A stretch of DNA of 63,852 nt, counting the filler, from Octopus bimaculoides (Eukaryota): NCBI RefSeq assembly GCF_001194135.2. It is 6 parts of 6 records of this genome, joined end to end, with 100 filler letters (N's around TTAATTAATTAA, not from the genome) between each part and the next. Parts side by side here need not be neighbours in the genome. Positions count along the whole stretch, not along the records: positions 23,610 to 29,573 come from NC_069001.1; positions 29,674 to 58,230 come from NC_068996.1; 4 more parts are not named here. One strand, written 5' to 3'. Under the pieces are notes generated by a model. That model searched no databases, had not been told where the DNA came from, and was given only the letters and a program-made list of their open reading frames with translations. Numbering within the stretch: position 1 is the first letter of the stretch; every line of letters starts with the position of its first letter. Shown here piece by piece: positions 24,057-37,464 of the stretch. The position numbers were made by a program, and so were the translations under genes.

Positions 24057-24374
24057 AACAAACGTATCCTACTATTTAAATAATATAAATAGGAATAAAG
24101 TAGAAATATCTGTACGTCTAGGAAAGCTATTATTAGTACAAAACATAAAATGTCAAGGTTTAATAATAATAATCATTCAAGTCAAAGGCCTAATTCCTCT
24201 AATGAAGAAATGCTTTCTGTAAATTAAGAATAGGAAAATATATAAAAAGATAATGTTGTTAACTAATAAATGAATTCGAACGTTTAACAGTATTAATAAA
24301 ATGAACGGCATCACTTATCGAAGATTTCTTGTTGACTGCAGTATTAACCTTAAAGTATGGAATTTATACGACGT

Positions 24375-24600
24375 GTGAAGAATTTATACTAGTCATTCTC
24401 CATTATATTCTGGTTGATGTTTACGTGCTTTCACCGCACTACCGAGCACAGTTCTGTGTACCTTGGGTATGTGCTGTGATTTCTTGTGAGGATCTTATCT
24501 TCACTGTATTGAAAGTGGTTTACGTTGGGTTTGTGCAGTGCCTAGTAGTTGTTTTCTTCTTATTTTAGATTCCCTTTGTCGTAATATGTCCCAGTGTAGT
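24375..24600 (-). mobile_element. Diverged second copy of the R4/Dong-like LINE 3' end
   Basis: Reverse complement aligns to 14520-14660 (CACTTTCAATACAGT...CACAGCACATACCCAAGG...GCTCGGTAGTG...TGAAAGCACGT). Confidence 0.75.
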
Positions 24601-24660
24601 GCTGTAGCCACACAGTCGTTTCTGCGTCTATGTTCATTCTAGTTGTAAAGTAAAAAAATT

Positions 24661-24927
24661 GCTGGATAACCTCAAGGTTCCGGATTCAGTCCTACTGTGT
24701 GGCACTTTGGGCAAGTGTCTTCTATTATAGTCGTGGACTGACCGAAGCCTTGTGGGTGGATTTGGTAGACGGGAACTGAAAGAAGCCCGTGGTATATATA
24801 TATATGTGCGCGCGCGCGTGTTTGTGTCTGTGTCTGTCCCCCATCACCACTTGGTGTTTTACGTGTCCTTAATCTAGCGGTTCGACAGGCTTCAAAGCAA
24901 AGTCTACTGACTTAAACAAATAAAAGA
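24661..24927 (+). mobile_element. SINE family 1, internally deleted
   Basis: GGCACTTTGGGCAAGTGTCTTCTA (CORE-like)...GGATTTGGTAGACGGGAACTGAAAGAAGCCCG. Confidence 0.75.
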
Positions 24928-25689
24928 TGAAACTTAAAAGGTGTATATNNNNNNNNNNNNNNNNNNNNNNNNNNNNNNNNNNNNNNNNNNNNNNNNNNNN
25001 NNNNNNNNNNNNNNNNNNNNNNNNNNNNNNNNNNNNNNNNNNNNNNNNNNNNNNNNNNNNNNNNNNNNNNNNNNNNNNNNNNNNNNNNNNNNNNNNNNNN
25101 NNNNNNNNNNNNNNNNNNNNNNNNNNNNNNNNNNNNNNNNNNNNNNNNNNNNNNNNNNNNNNNNNNNNNNNNNNNNNNNNNNNNNNNNNNNNNNNNNNNN
25201 NNNNNNNNNNNNNNNNNNNNNNNNNNNNNNNNNNNNNNNNNNNNNNNNNNNNNNNNNNNNNNNNNNNNNNNNNNNNNNNNNNNNNNNNNNNNNNNNNNNN
25301 NNNNNNNNNNNNNNNNNNNNNNNNNNNNNNNNNNNNNNNNNNNNNNNNNNNNNNNNNNNNNNNNNNNNNNNNNNNNNNNNNNNNNNNNNNNNNNNNNNNN
25401 NNNNNNNNNNNNNNNNNNNNNNNNNNNNNNNNNNNNNNNNNNNNNNNNNNNNNNNNNNNNNNNNNNNNNNNNNNNNNNNNNNNNCTCCTCTCCCTCTGTC
25501 TCCTCCTCTCCCTCTGCCTCCTCCTCTCCCTCTTCCTCCCCTTCTTGCTCTCTTATTTCTGTCCACCCCTTTCCCCTATACAAACTCATTACTGTCCGCC
25601 AAGGCTTTCTGTCCGCCATTAATTCTTGCTGAATAAATTATTAGAATAATGTTCCTCCCGGGAGATTAGCGTCATATACGAAACAGCAT

Positions 25690-25734
<45 letters not shown>

Positions 25735-26326
25735 ATACTACTACTACTATTACTACTACTACTACAACGTCGACCAAAATAACATCGTAAATTACATCAG
25801 TAACTTGAAAACAAACAAGAATTTTGGAACAGCAACAACAACAGCGAAGTGGAAAAAAAAAGAATCTAGAGGTGGTTCGACCAGCTAAAAATGGCAGCTG
25901 AGTTTCCTTTTAGTCTCTGGGTACTGTCTTTGAAAGCAGTTGGTGCTTCGTAGTGTGTTGTGTAATATTGTGTTAGAGACAATAACTGGTAAATGAAATA
26001 GAAAGGGTGGTCTTGGATGGGAGGCTTTTGAGTAGTGGTCTAGTTAAGTCGGAGTAGAGCTTGGACAAAACCGACTGTGTTCCATCATCTGTGATGGTAT
26101 TGTAATCAACAACAACAACAACAGCAGCAGCAGCAGCAGTAACAGCAGCAAGAGCGACAATGATAACGACAACAGCAGCTGTAGAAGCAACAACAATAAC
26201 AACAACAGCAGCACCAACAACAGCAGCACAAACAACGGCATCATCACCATCATCATCATCATCATCTTTAACAATGTCAAAAACAACAGCAGAATGAACA
26301 ACAAAATTATCACCGACAACACAATG

Positions 26327-26915
26327 AAGAAGAAGAAGAAGAAGAAGAAGAAGAAGAAGAAGAAGAAGAAGAAGAAGAAGAAGAAGAAGAAGAAAACGAA
26401 GAAGAAGAAAACGAAGAAGAAGAAGAAGAAANNNNNNNNNNNNNNNNNNNNNNNNNNNNNNNNNNNNNNNNNNNNNNNNNNNNNNNNNNNNNNNNNNNNN
26501 NNNNNNNNNNNNNNNNNNNNNNNNNNNNNNNNNNNNNNNNNNNNNNNNNNNNNNNNNNNNNNNNNNNNNNNNNNNNNNNNNNNNNNNNNNNNNNNNNNNN
26601 NNNNNNNNNNNNNNNNNNNNNNNNNNNNNNNNNNNNNNNNNNNNNNNNNNNNNNNNNNNNNNNNNNNNNNNNNNNNNNNNNNNNNNNNNNNNNNNNNNNN
26701 NNNNNNNNNNNNNNNNNNNNNNNNNNNNNNNNNNNNNNNNNNNNNNNNNNNNNNNNNNNNNNNAGAAAAAGAAGAAGAAAACGAAGAAGAAGAAGAAGAA
26801 GAAAACGAAGAAGAAGAAGAAGAAGAAGAAGAAGAAGAAGAAGAAGAAGAAGAAGAAGAAGAAGAAGAAGAAGAAGAAAACGAAGAAGAAGAAAACGAAG
26901 AAGAAGAAGAAGAAA
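26327..26915 (+). repeat. (GAA)n microsatellite spanning an N gap, within a wider CAA/CAG/CTG triplet field (26100-27780)
   Basis: Direct inspection. Confidence 0.95.
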
Positions 26916-27227
26916 TTTATTGCAATAAAGAAAGTTGCTGCTTATCGTTTACTTGTTTCAGTCATTTTACTGCGGCCATGCTGGGGCATTACCCTGAAGA
27001 ATTTTAGTCGAAAGAATTGACTCCAGAAAGAAGAAGAAGAGCAACAACAACAACAACAACAACGAGAGCAAATACAGCAGCAACGGCAGCAACATCAGCT
27101 GCAGTAACAAGACCAATAGAGGAGCAATAACAACAACAACAACAACAACAACTTCAACTACAGCCGCAGCAGCAGCAGTAACAACAACATCATCGAGGAC
27201 AATACCAACAACTGAAATCACGAAAAT

Positions 27228-27259
<32 letters not shown>

Positions 27260-27884
27260 CGAAGACGAAAACGACGACGACGACGACGACGACGCCATTA
27301 GTTACGTCAGTTACACCAATGATGGCGATTTGGTTGTTTACATTTTCGTTCCCTTTTTGCACCTTTTTATTTGTAGTTTTTTTTTTTTTGCCTTTTCTTT
27401 TTGACCGATTTCCAGCTGTAAATAATCCTTTGCGTGGAGATTGCCAAGAGATGGTCATAAAACAGCTGTGTTGAGTTTGGCGTTGTTGTTGTTATTGCTG
27501 CTGCCACTGCTGCTACTGCCACTGCTGCTACTGCGACTGCTGCTGCTGTTGTCGTTGTTGCTCCTGCTACTGCTGGTGCTGAGGCTGCCACTGCTGTTAC
27601 TGTTTTCATTGTAGTTGTTAATTGCTGCTGTTGCTGCTGTCAACGTTGTCCTTCTTGTTCCTGATGTTGCTGTTGGTGGTTTTGTCATTTTTGGTGCTGC
27701 TGTTGTTGATGTTGCTGTTTTTTTTTTTTTGCTGTTTTTTTTTTTCTTCTTGTTGTTATCGTTTTTGCCTACTAGATCAGCAACTGATTCAGCAGGCCTT
27801 ATCATGTGTCTATCATCTCTTTGGCTACTATTTCTTGCTCGTCTGGAGACCGCATATGAACTTCCCTATTGTTGCAATTGTTTG

Positions 27885-27981
27885 ACTGCGTGGCACCTTG
27901 GGCAAGTGTCTTCTACTTTAGCCTCGGGCCGACAAAAGCCTTGTGAGTGGATTTGGTAGACGGAAACTGAAAGACACCTGT

Positions 27982-28023
<42 letters not shown>

Positions 28024-28199
28024 TCCTCCCACCATCGCTTGACAACCGATGTTGGTGTGTTTACGTCCCCGTGAACTAGCGGTTCGGCAAAAGAGACCCA
28101 ACAGAATAAGTACTAGGCTTACAAAGAATAAGTTCTGGGATCGATTTGTTCGACTAAAGGCGGTGCTCCAGCATGGCTGCAGTCAAATGACTGAAACAA
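27885..28199 (+). mobile_element. SINE family 1, well-conserved body with internal (TG)n
   Basis: CTGCGTGGCACCTTGGGCAAGTGTCTTCTA...(TG)n...GGTGCTCCAGCATGGCTGCAGTCAAATGACTGAAACAA. The MIR-like CORE segment suggests the octopus OR-type CORE-SINEs. Confidence 0.85.
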
Positions 28200-28824
28200 N
28201 NNNNNNNNNNNNNNNNNNNNNNNNNNNNNNNNNNNNNNNNNNNNNNNNNNNNNNNNNNNNNNNNNNNNNNNNNNNNNNNNNNNNNNNNNNNNNNNNNNNN
28301 NNNNNNNNNNNNNNNNNNNNNNNNNNNNNNNNNNNNNNNNNNNNNNNNNNNNNNNNNNNNNNNNNNGGGTTTCAACCATTTTTACTCACGATCCCCTTTG
28401 ATTACTAAATTACGGTGGAAGTACTATATGTACCGGACCATAATGATTCGGTGTTTAAAAACTAGTTTTATAGATATTTCTTTCAAAAGTCCTACAGGCT
28501 GATCTATGTAAAATGTTAGAGAAAGGAACCAAGCTGTTTCTTCCAATAAATACATCTAAGTGCCAAACTTTTCTTGGATCCTTAAGATATTTCTATTTAT
28601 CCTTAAATTACATTTTTGCTCGCATAGACGCCCCCCCCCTCCCCAACCAGTAATCTTATATGAAGGTCATGTGGATTCCGGTTAAGTAACACCGGTCTAA
28701 GTTATAGCATTGTTATACTATGATCCCACTTATTGTGTGCCTGAAAAGAAAGCCTTGATGGTCATGGCGGGAACGCCGTTGATTTTATGTAACTTGGATC
28801 AGAGTTAAACAACAACAGCAACTG

Positions 28825-28894
<70 letters not shown>

Positions 28895-29250
28895 ATCAAC
28901 AACAGCGTTTAACTTCTCAAACTCTTAATCCTTATTGGATGTGTTTGAGGCTTTCAGCAGACAACCGATCTTCGAAAGAAACAATTAATACTTACCTGCA
29001 AAGGGAGGGAATTCACTATTAAAAAGTATTAACATCATCGCAGCTGTTACAACCACGGCTTGTTTAAAAGTGCAAAGGAAGGCTAAGGGTACTATTCACC
29101 CTCCACCTTACCCGACACATATTTTCTTCACTTTAATATAGACCGGATCATCAACCCATATTAGGTACGAGATTTATTAATTATTCCAACTTAATGCCAT
29201 AAGATAGAATTCGTACATATTGAATGTACCGTGGGAGGCGCATACGTGGG

Positions 29251-29309
<59 letters not shown>

Positions 29310-29504
29310 GTATATATATAGATATACATACATATATACATATATATACATATATATACATATATATACATATATATATACATATATAAATATATACATA
29401 TATATATGTATATATATATATATGTATATATACATACATATATATATACATATATATGTACATATACATATATAGATACATATATATCTATACATATATG
29501 TGTG

Positions 29505-29573
<69 letters not shown>

Positions 29574-29708
29574 NNNNNNNNNNNNNNNNNNNNNNNNNNN
29601 NNNNNNNNNNNNNNNNNTTAATTAATTAANNNNNNNNNNNNNNNNNNNNNNNNNNNNNNNNNNNNNNNNNNNNAAATGTATATATATATATATATATGTA
29701 TATATATG

Positions 29709-29739
<31 letters not shown>

Positions 29740-29880
29740 GTATATATATATATATGTATATATATGTATATATATATATATATATGTATATATATGTATA
29801 TATATATATATATGTATATATATGTATATATATATATGTATATATATGTATATATATATATATATATGTATATATATTTG

Positions 29881-29911
<31 letters not shown>

Positions 29912-29958
29912 GCAGATATATATATATGTATACATACACACACACACATATATATATT

Positions 29959-30108
29959 CCTGTAACCAAGTGGTTTGGCAGAAGAGACTGACAGAATAAG
30001 CACCAAGCTTACAAAGAATAAGTCCAGGGAGCAATTTCTTTGATTAAAAGGCGGTGCTCCAGCATGGCCACAGTCAATTGACTGAAATAAGTAAAAGAAT
30101 AAAAGAAT
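29959..30108 (+). mobile_element. SINE family 1, 3' half
   Basis: AGAATAAGCACCAAGCTTACAAAGAATAAG...GGCGGTGCTCCAGCATGGCCACAGTC...AAAAGAATAAAAGA. Confidence 0.8.
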
Positions 30109-30235
30109 ATAGATAGATAGAAAGGTAGATCAAATCAATAACAAAACACAAACCAAAATACAAAATAACCAAAATTGAAGAGCTAAAAAGATGCTAAAAA
30201 GATGTTGATGCTCATAGAAATGGAAAATAGTTATA

Positions 30236-30809
30236 CAGTAATCCCTCACCTTATCGTGGTTCACCTATTGCGGTTCACCTATCGCAGTTCACCTATCGTG
30301 GTTCACCTCTAGCGGTTCACATATCGCAGTTCACCTAGTGCAGCTCACCTAGCACAGTTCATCTATTGCGGTTCACCTATCGAGATTCACATATCGTGGC
30401 TCACCTAGCACAGTTCACCTAGCGTGGCTCACCTAGCACAGTTCACCTAGCGCGGTTCACCTATTGCGGTTCACCTATCGCGGTTCACCTATTACAGTTC
30501 ACCTATTGTGGTTCACCTATTGTGGTCCACCTATTGCGGTTCACCTATCGCGGTTCACCTATCGCGGTTCACCTATCGCGGTTCACATATCGCGGTTCAC
30601 CTATTGCGGTTCACCTATCGCGGTTTATTATTTAAGCTTACGTCAATTCCTCGATGGTGTTGTTTTGCATTTATAATAAAATATAATATATACAAATTAT
30701 AAAAATAATAAAAAACACATATACAGTATAGTAATGATTCTACTTTGCGGATTTTCACCTATCACAGGCCTTTCGGAACACAGCACCTGTGATAGTCCAG
30801 AGATTACTG
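30236..30809. mobile_element. pogo/Tigger-like MITE
   Basis: TA|CAGTAATCCCTCACCTTATC at left and rc CAGTAATCTCTGGACTATC|TA at right; TA at 30234-35 and 30810-11. Confidence 0.7.
30255..30623. repeat. 14-bp tandem array (GCGGTTCACCTATC), about 26 units, inside the MITE
   Basis: Direct inspection, e.g. tcacctatcgcggt repeated at 30541-30600. Confidence 0.95.
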
Positions 30810-31694
30810 TAAAGGAAAATTTAATGAGTAAAAGTCATCATCATCATCAACATTATCATTTAATATCCACCTTTCATGCTGGCATGGGTGGGACAAAGTA
30901 TGTCTGTCTGTATATTGCACATATATATATATATATATATATAGATAGATAGATACATATACATGTATGAACAGACAAATTTTGCTACACACACACACAC
31001 ACACACACGCATAGAATGTGTGTGTTTGTTTCATTAGTTGTTTGTTTCTATGTTGATTTTTGAATAGATAAGGTAGTTTAGTGTTACAGTCATCTATATC
31101 TCCGTCCCCACCTGCCTTGCCTTGTCTACCTTTACTAAACTTTTCTCAAGGATCTTCTTACATACTTGCCTGCCACAACACAACAGAAAATGATCAGCCT
31201 GCAGTCGTGTACTCATAGCATCCGCCTGCACGCCAGAGGTGGTGGTAGTGGAGGCGGTGGTGACGGCGGCGACAGCGACGGTGGTGGTAGCGGAGGTGGG
31301 GTGACAGGGAGGGAAGCCAGCTAGTAGAGAGCAGATACAAGTATGTCAAATACCATAGAACATAAACTCTTAATCCATTTAAATTATCTCTGCTTCTAGA
31401 AGACTGTGTCATGGTTACAAAATGCTAGTTAAGACCTGTTCCACATGAAAGGGGGAGATAATCTCATGTATCAAGAATCCTCCAAAGTTGACTTTTCATT
31501 AAGGAAAAGGACAAGTTTATTGTCTGAAGATCTGGAAATAAGGGAACAACTGTGGACTCAACCTTAACTGCAAAGGGCAGTTAATGTAGCCTGATTACTT
31601 TTGGTCCAATATAGTTCTTTGTTTTCTTTCAAAGTAGCAGGCTTCTTTCTGGGATTTGTTTAAGGGTACCCTGGGTATATACCAGCCCTTTGAT

Positions 31695-32058
31695 CTTTCA
31701 GTTGTTAGACTGTAACCATGCTGGAGCACTGCATTGAAACATTTTAGCCAAACTAATCAACCCCAGCACTTAGTTTATTTTTCTCTACGCTTGTTCTATC
31801 AGTCTGTTTTTGCTGAACGACTTCAGGGATGTAAACAAGACAACATCGATTGTCAGCCAGTGGTGGGCGACAGACACACACACACACACACACACAATGG
31901 TCATCTTTGTGTTCCCATTCTATCAAATCCACTGGCAAGGCTTTGGTTGGCCCGAGGCTATAGTAGAAGACACTTGCTCAAGGTGCCACACAGTGGGACT
32001 GAACCTGGAACCCATGTGGTTGGGAGGCAAGCTTCTTACCACACAGACATGCCCATAC
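31695..32058 (-). mobile_element. SINE family 1, near full length
   Basis: 3' half at 31695-31870, (CA)n, then the reversed head (CACTTGCTCAAGGTGCCACACAGTGGGACTGAACC...CTTCTTACCACACAG). Confidence 0.8.
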
Positions 32059-32299
32059 CTTCTTTTCCGTTCCCTTCGAAGACTTTTCTATAACCTTTCT
32101 TTTGTAATGTACCCCCTTGTCTCTTGTCTTTCTGACACAAATAATGCACAAGATTGTGTCTTTTCCATAAGAGACTTCTTGCTTTGTAAATCCCTTCCTG
32201 TGTGTGATGGGAAACTCTCACAAAATATATTTATATATTGTATGTATATGTGCATTTATATATATATATATAACACAAACACATGTGTGTGTATATATG

Positions 32300-32351
<52 letters not shown>

Positions 32352-33195
32352 NNNNNNNNNNNNNNNNNNNNNNNNNNNNNNNNNNNNNNNNNNNNNNNNN
32401 NNNNNNNNNNNNNNNNNNNNNNNNNNNNNNNNNNNNNNNNNNNNNNNNNNNNNNNNNNNNNNNNNNNNNNNNNNNNNNNNNNNNNNNNNNNNNNNNNNNN
32501 NNNNNNNNNNNNNNNNNNNNNNNNNNNNNNNNNNNNNNNNNNNNNNNNNNNNNNNNNNNNNNNNNNNNNNNNNNNNNNNNNNNNNNNNNNNNNNNNNNNN
32601 NNNNNNNNNNNNNNNNNNNNNNNNNNNNNNNNNNNNNNNNNNNNNNNNNNNNNNNNNNNNNNNNNNNNNNNNNNNNNNNNNNNNNNNNNNNNNNNNNNNN
32701 NNNNNNNNNNNNNNNNNNNNNNNNNNNNNNNNNNNNNNNNNNNNNNNNNNNNNNNNNNNNNNNNNNNNNNNNNNNNNNNNNNNNNNNNNNNNNNNNNNNN
32801 NNNNNNNNNNNNNNNNNNNNNNNNNNNNNNNNNNNNNNNNNNNNNNNNNNNNNNNNNNNNNNNNNNNNNNNNNNNNNNNNNNNNNNNNNNNNNNNNNNNN
32901 NNNNNNNNNNNNNNNNNNNNNNNNNNNNNNNNNNNNNNNNNNNNNNNNNNNNNNNNNNNNNNNNNNNNNNNNNNNNNNNNNNNNNNNNNNNNNNNNNNNN
33001 NNNNNNNNNNNNNNNNNNNNNNNNNNNNNNNNNNNNNNNNNNNNNNNNNNNNNNNNNNNNNNNNNNNNNNNNNNNNNNNNNNNNNNNNNNNNNNNNNNNN
33101 NNNNNNNNNNNNNNNNNNNNNNNNNNNNNNNNNNNNNNNNNNNNNNNNNNNNNNNNNNNNNNNNNNNNNNNNNNNNNNNNNNNNNNNNNNNNNNN

Positions 33196-33251
<56 letters not shown>

Positions 33252-33720
33252 AAAGAACCCCCAAAAACAATTACATTTAGCAGACTAGAAGTGGAATAGA
33301 GGACAGATGTGTGTTTGTGTGTGTGTTTGTGTGTGTGTGTGTGTGCATGCATGCGTATAATGTGTGCATTTGTATGTTTGTCTGAAAATGTAGTGTGTGT
33401 GTGTGTGTGTAGCACATGAATGTGGGTTTGTTAGTATGTGCGTGTGTGTAGTGTGTATGTGTCTGATCATGTGCTGAATACTTTCTCACATAAGCTCAAT
33501 GGAAAGTTACCAACAGAAAATACCATATTTTTTCTGTATTTTCTTTCAAATATTTTAAATATTTTTCCACTAACTTGTTTGTTGTTGTTTTATGTTTAAC
33601 TTTATATATTGTTTTACTGTTGTTTATTCATTCCTCTGGTATTCTCTCATTTTCCATAACTTTTTCTTTTATTATAACCTTCATTGTTATTATAATTATT
33701 ATTGTTATTATTGTTATTAT

Positions 33721-33960
33721 GAAGGTGTCAAGCTGGCAGAATCATTAGCATACTGGACAAAATGTTTAGTAGCATTCCTTCTGACTCTTCATATCCTGGG
33801 TTCAAATCCTACTGAATTTGACTTTGTCTTTAATTCGTCCAGGGTCGTTGAAATAAGAAGCAGTTGAGCCCTGGCGTTGATGTAAACAACTAGTCTTCCC
33901 CCCACCCCCACACGCAATTTCAAGCCCTGTGTCTGTCTTTAGTAGATAAGAGTATTAAGA
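33721..33960 (+). mobile_element. SINE family 2, near full length, diverged
   Basis: GAAGGTGTCAAGCTGGCAGAATCATTAGC...GGGTTCAAATCC (box B-like)...GACTTTGTCTTT...GGGTCGTTGAAATAAG. Confidence 0.7.
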
Positions 33961-35689
33961 TGAAAAAAATTATGAAATTAGCAGAATTTTAGTTTTGAAA
34001 TTTAAAAATATTATTTTAACAGTAATTAATATTTTCTCTCCTTTTCCCTTGATCTAATTTGAAACCCTGCCAAGGTCAACTTGACCATTTATCTGACTAA
34101 GCAGGAAACACTATCAAATAGCAGACATTAAAAGGTTTTTTAAAATTTTTGTAGTTTTAAGTTCAAATCACAAATCATTCAATCCAACACTTTAACAATT
34201 CTATCAATCCACTATTCCTTGTTTATACGATGATGATTTTTAACATAGACAGACATAAGTTGCATTACTGTGATAGGTTAGGGGTGGGTGGAGTTGATTA
34301 AATTGATCTATCTAACTTTGTAACAGATGCTATGTTTGATCAATGTTGTAAGAATGAAAGGGCTGAGTTGAATTCCTAGTGGGATAGGAACTTTTAATAC
34401 AATAGGATCTTTAAGTATCTTAGAGCTGCATTCATAGGTGATGGCCAGCAGAGGCTGAATTAGATGTTAGAACTGCATGGCAATGCACTAGCTCCAGTAC
34501 TTCATGCTTGTAAGAGGAGAACTTTTGTCTTCTATTTTCATGCTTATCCTCACTTATGGACATGATTATTGAGCAATGACTGAAAGAGTACCATAGTGAA
34601 GACAAGGGGCTAAAATATGCCCCTCCACAGGATCTTTAAACTAAGGTTTCTCAACAGCAGCCATTACTTGGAGATCAGGGGATCTTTCTAGGTGAAACTG
34701 CTATTTCTCTGCATAAAGGGATCACAACTCCAGTACTACAGACATGGTTTGAATGTTGCAGGAATGAATCACAAGATGGATTCTTCAAGTTGAACCAAAT
34801 GCTAGGAAAACTAGAGGGGTAGACCAAGAATGATATGGTTGGCTAATATCTGTAGTCTTAGTTGGTCACACTTGAAAATTCAACCAGAAAATTATGGTTG
34901 CTTCTGATAGGAACCTATAGGGGAGATGTTTGAGGAGGACTCCATAACCATGACCCCACTACCAGGTGGGCGGAGATGATAGATGGAATTAAATACTTCA
35001 TTTGTTTTTTTCTTTTGAGGAGGGTTTCTTTGTCCAGTTTTTGTTTACTTTATGGCTACAATGAATTTTGAAACTACACACTTGAGAATATAAGTATATA
35101 TATGACTTCATAGTAGATTATCAGTATATATGTGTATACACATAAATAATGGAGGAAAGGAATGGGTAAATGCAGTGGAGCACTTTACATGTGTTCAAAG
35201 TGGAAAAACCCATTTCAGGAATTTAAACTAACTTCATAATTTTTGTTATTTTAAACTCATGAGATAATTTCTTTTTTTCCACTTTGGAAATGTGTGTAGT
35301 GATTAACTACAATGTCATTCTTTTCCTTCATAATTTTAGTTATTGCGTATTAACAATGAAGTTGTAATGCATATGTCTTTGCATCAAGGTCAGATCATTA
35401 ATTTTGTGATATGGGTATGGGATGAAGTGTATCTTATGTATTGATTGATAAATTTTACTGATCAATTATTTTTTCCTTCGAGTATTCTATACAAGATGCT
35501 GGATGCTGGCGACCACAATCTACTGAATCTTATTGAATGTTATATATATATATATATATATATAGCTCATATATATGTATATATGTACATGTCTATGTAT
35601 GTGTGTGTGTGTGTGTGTGTGTGTATAAATAGTTGAAATTTACAGAAAAACAAGACAAAACAGGTGTAGGCACAATAAGCAAGTGTATT

Positions 35690-35790
35690 AATTTGACGCT
35701 CAGGAAAATGAAAATGTCTTTTACATTTTGAGTCTATGCTCTTTAACAGAAAAGAATAAGAGAAAATAAACAGAGAGAGAATAAAAAAAC
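35690..35790 (-). mobile_element. Decayed copy of the 618-800 repeat with degenerate hammerhead
   Basis: Minus strand CUGUUAA-A-GAGC auag ACUC-AAAAU-GUA, followed by TTTCCTGAGCGTC. Confidence 0.5.
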
Positions 35791-37239
35791 TTGTAGATTT
35801 CAGCAGTCCATCACATATGATGATATATATATATATACATATNNNNNNNNNNNNNNNNNNNNNNNNNNNNNNNNNNNNNNNNNNNNNNNNNNNNNNNNNN
35901 NNNNNNNNNNNNNNNNNNNNNNNNNNNNNNNNNNNNNNNNNNNNNNNNNNNNNNNNNNNNNNNNNNNNNNNNNNNNNNNNNNNNNNNNNNNNNNNNNNNN
36001 NNNNNNNNNNNNNNNNNNNNNNNNNNNNNNNNNNNNNNNNNNNNNNNNNNNNNNNNNNNNNNNNNNNNNNNNNNNNNNNNNNNNNNNNNNNNNNNNNNNN
36101 NNNNNNNNNNNNNNNNNNNNNNNNNNNNNNNNNNNNNNNNNNNNNNNNNNNNNNNNNNNNNNNNNNNNNNNNNNNNNNNNNNNNNNNNNNNNNNNNNNTA
36201 TATATATATATATATATGAATATGTTTATATTTGTATGTATTCATATGCATAAGGATATATGTATTTATTTATATATGCGTATGTGTATATATATATACA
36301 CACACACGACAGTCAGACACACACACACACACACACATGCACACACACACACACATATGTTCATTTCATGTTCCTGCTGTTTCTCTTTTCAAAATTCTTT
36401 CACATAGCATTGCTCAGTTGAAGCCTTAAGTAGAAAACACAAGCCCATGGTGCTTCCTTGCTATGGGACTGAACCTAAAACCACATGACCGTGACTGCTA
36501 AGTACATGTAAAGGAGAGTTTCACATGGGTACTATCACTGTATTACTGTTCCGACTACACTATCATCGCATGTTGTCACACACCATTTGTCACAGTGTGC
36601 TTCCTTGTATAAGCTTTGAGTGATGCCACCCTGCTGCCACCTTGGTGAGCAGGCTGACATTCACATTCGTCCTGAATGGATTGCCAGTCGGTTTCAGGGG
36701 GACCCATTTACAGCTGAGTGGAATGGAAACTACTTGAAATAAAGCACTTTGGTCAAGAAGACAACACACTTCCTATTTGGGAATTGAAACAAGGATCTTG
36801 AATTTGTGAATTCAATACCCTAATCAGAAGGCCGACAGTGCTTTTGCATATGTTTTATAATGTGTTGAAAAATGTTTGGTTATCCTTGCAATTAGAAAAC
36901 ACAACCTCCCTCTGGGAGTAATCAAAATTTTTTAAACATAAACAAGGGAGATAAATTTATTAATATCAGATAGTGGAAATTTATGAATTATCAAAAGAAG
37001 AATTAAACTGATTTCCACTTAATTGAGCTGTTGGTATTTTCTAAGTACCGTGAGATCTTTATATTCAAACATTATCCATTATAGAATCATTTCATTAACC
37101 AAATTATTGAGGAGCTGAAATACAAATAAAGAACGGTAATCCATTTTTAGCTAATGTTAAACTTCATATACAAGCATGAATTGAGATTTTTGTCTGTCTG
37201 TCCAACAATAGCATAGGCATTGGTGTGAGCATAGCTATA

Positions 37240-37396
37240 GGCACGGGCATGGCAGTGTGGTTAGAACTTTGCTTCCCAAACACAGTTCTGGGTTCAATCC
37301 TAAGGCATGGCATGTTGAGCAAGTATCTTTTGCTGCAATCCTGAGACAAACAAAGTTTTGTGAGTGGAGTTGAGGGACAGAAACTGAAGGAAGTCC

Positions 37397-37464
<68 letters not shown>

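Noticed and set aside
28989-29015. ATACTTACCTG resembling the U1 snRNA 5' end
   Set aside because: Similarity fades after about 11 nt and no U1 stem-loops follow; better read as a minus-strand splice donor.
30255-30623. CRISPR-like appearance of this array and the 45-bp array
   Set aside because: Head-to-tail units without unique spacers, no cas genes, eukaryotic context.
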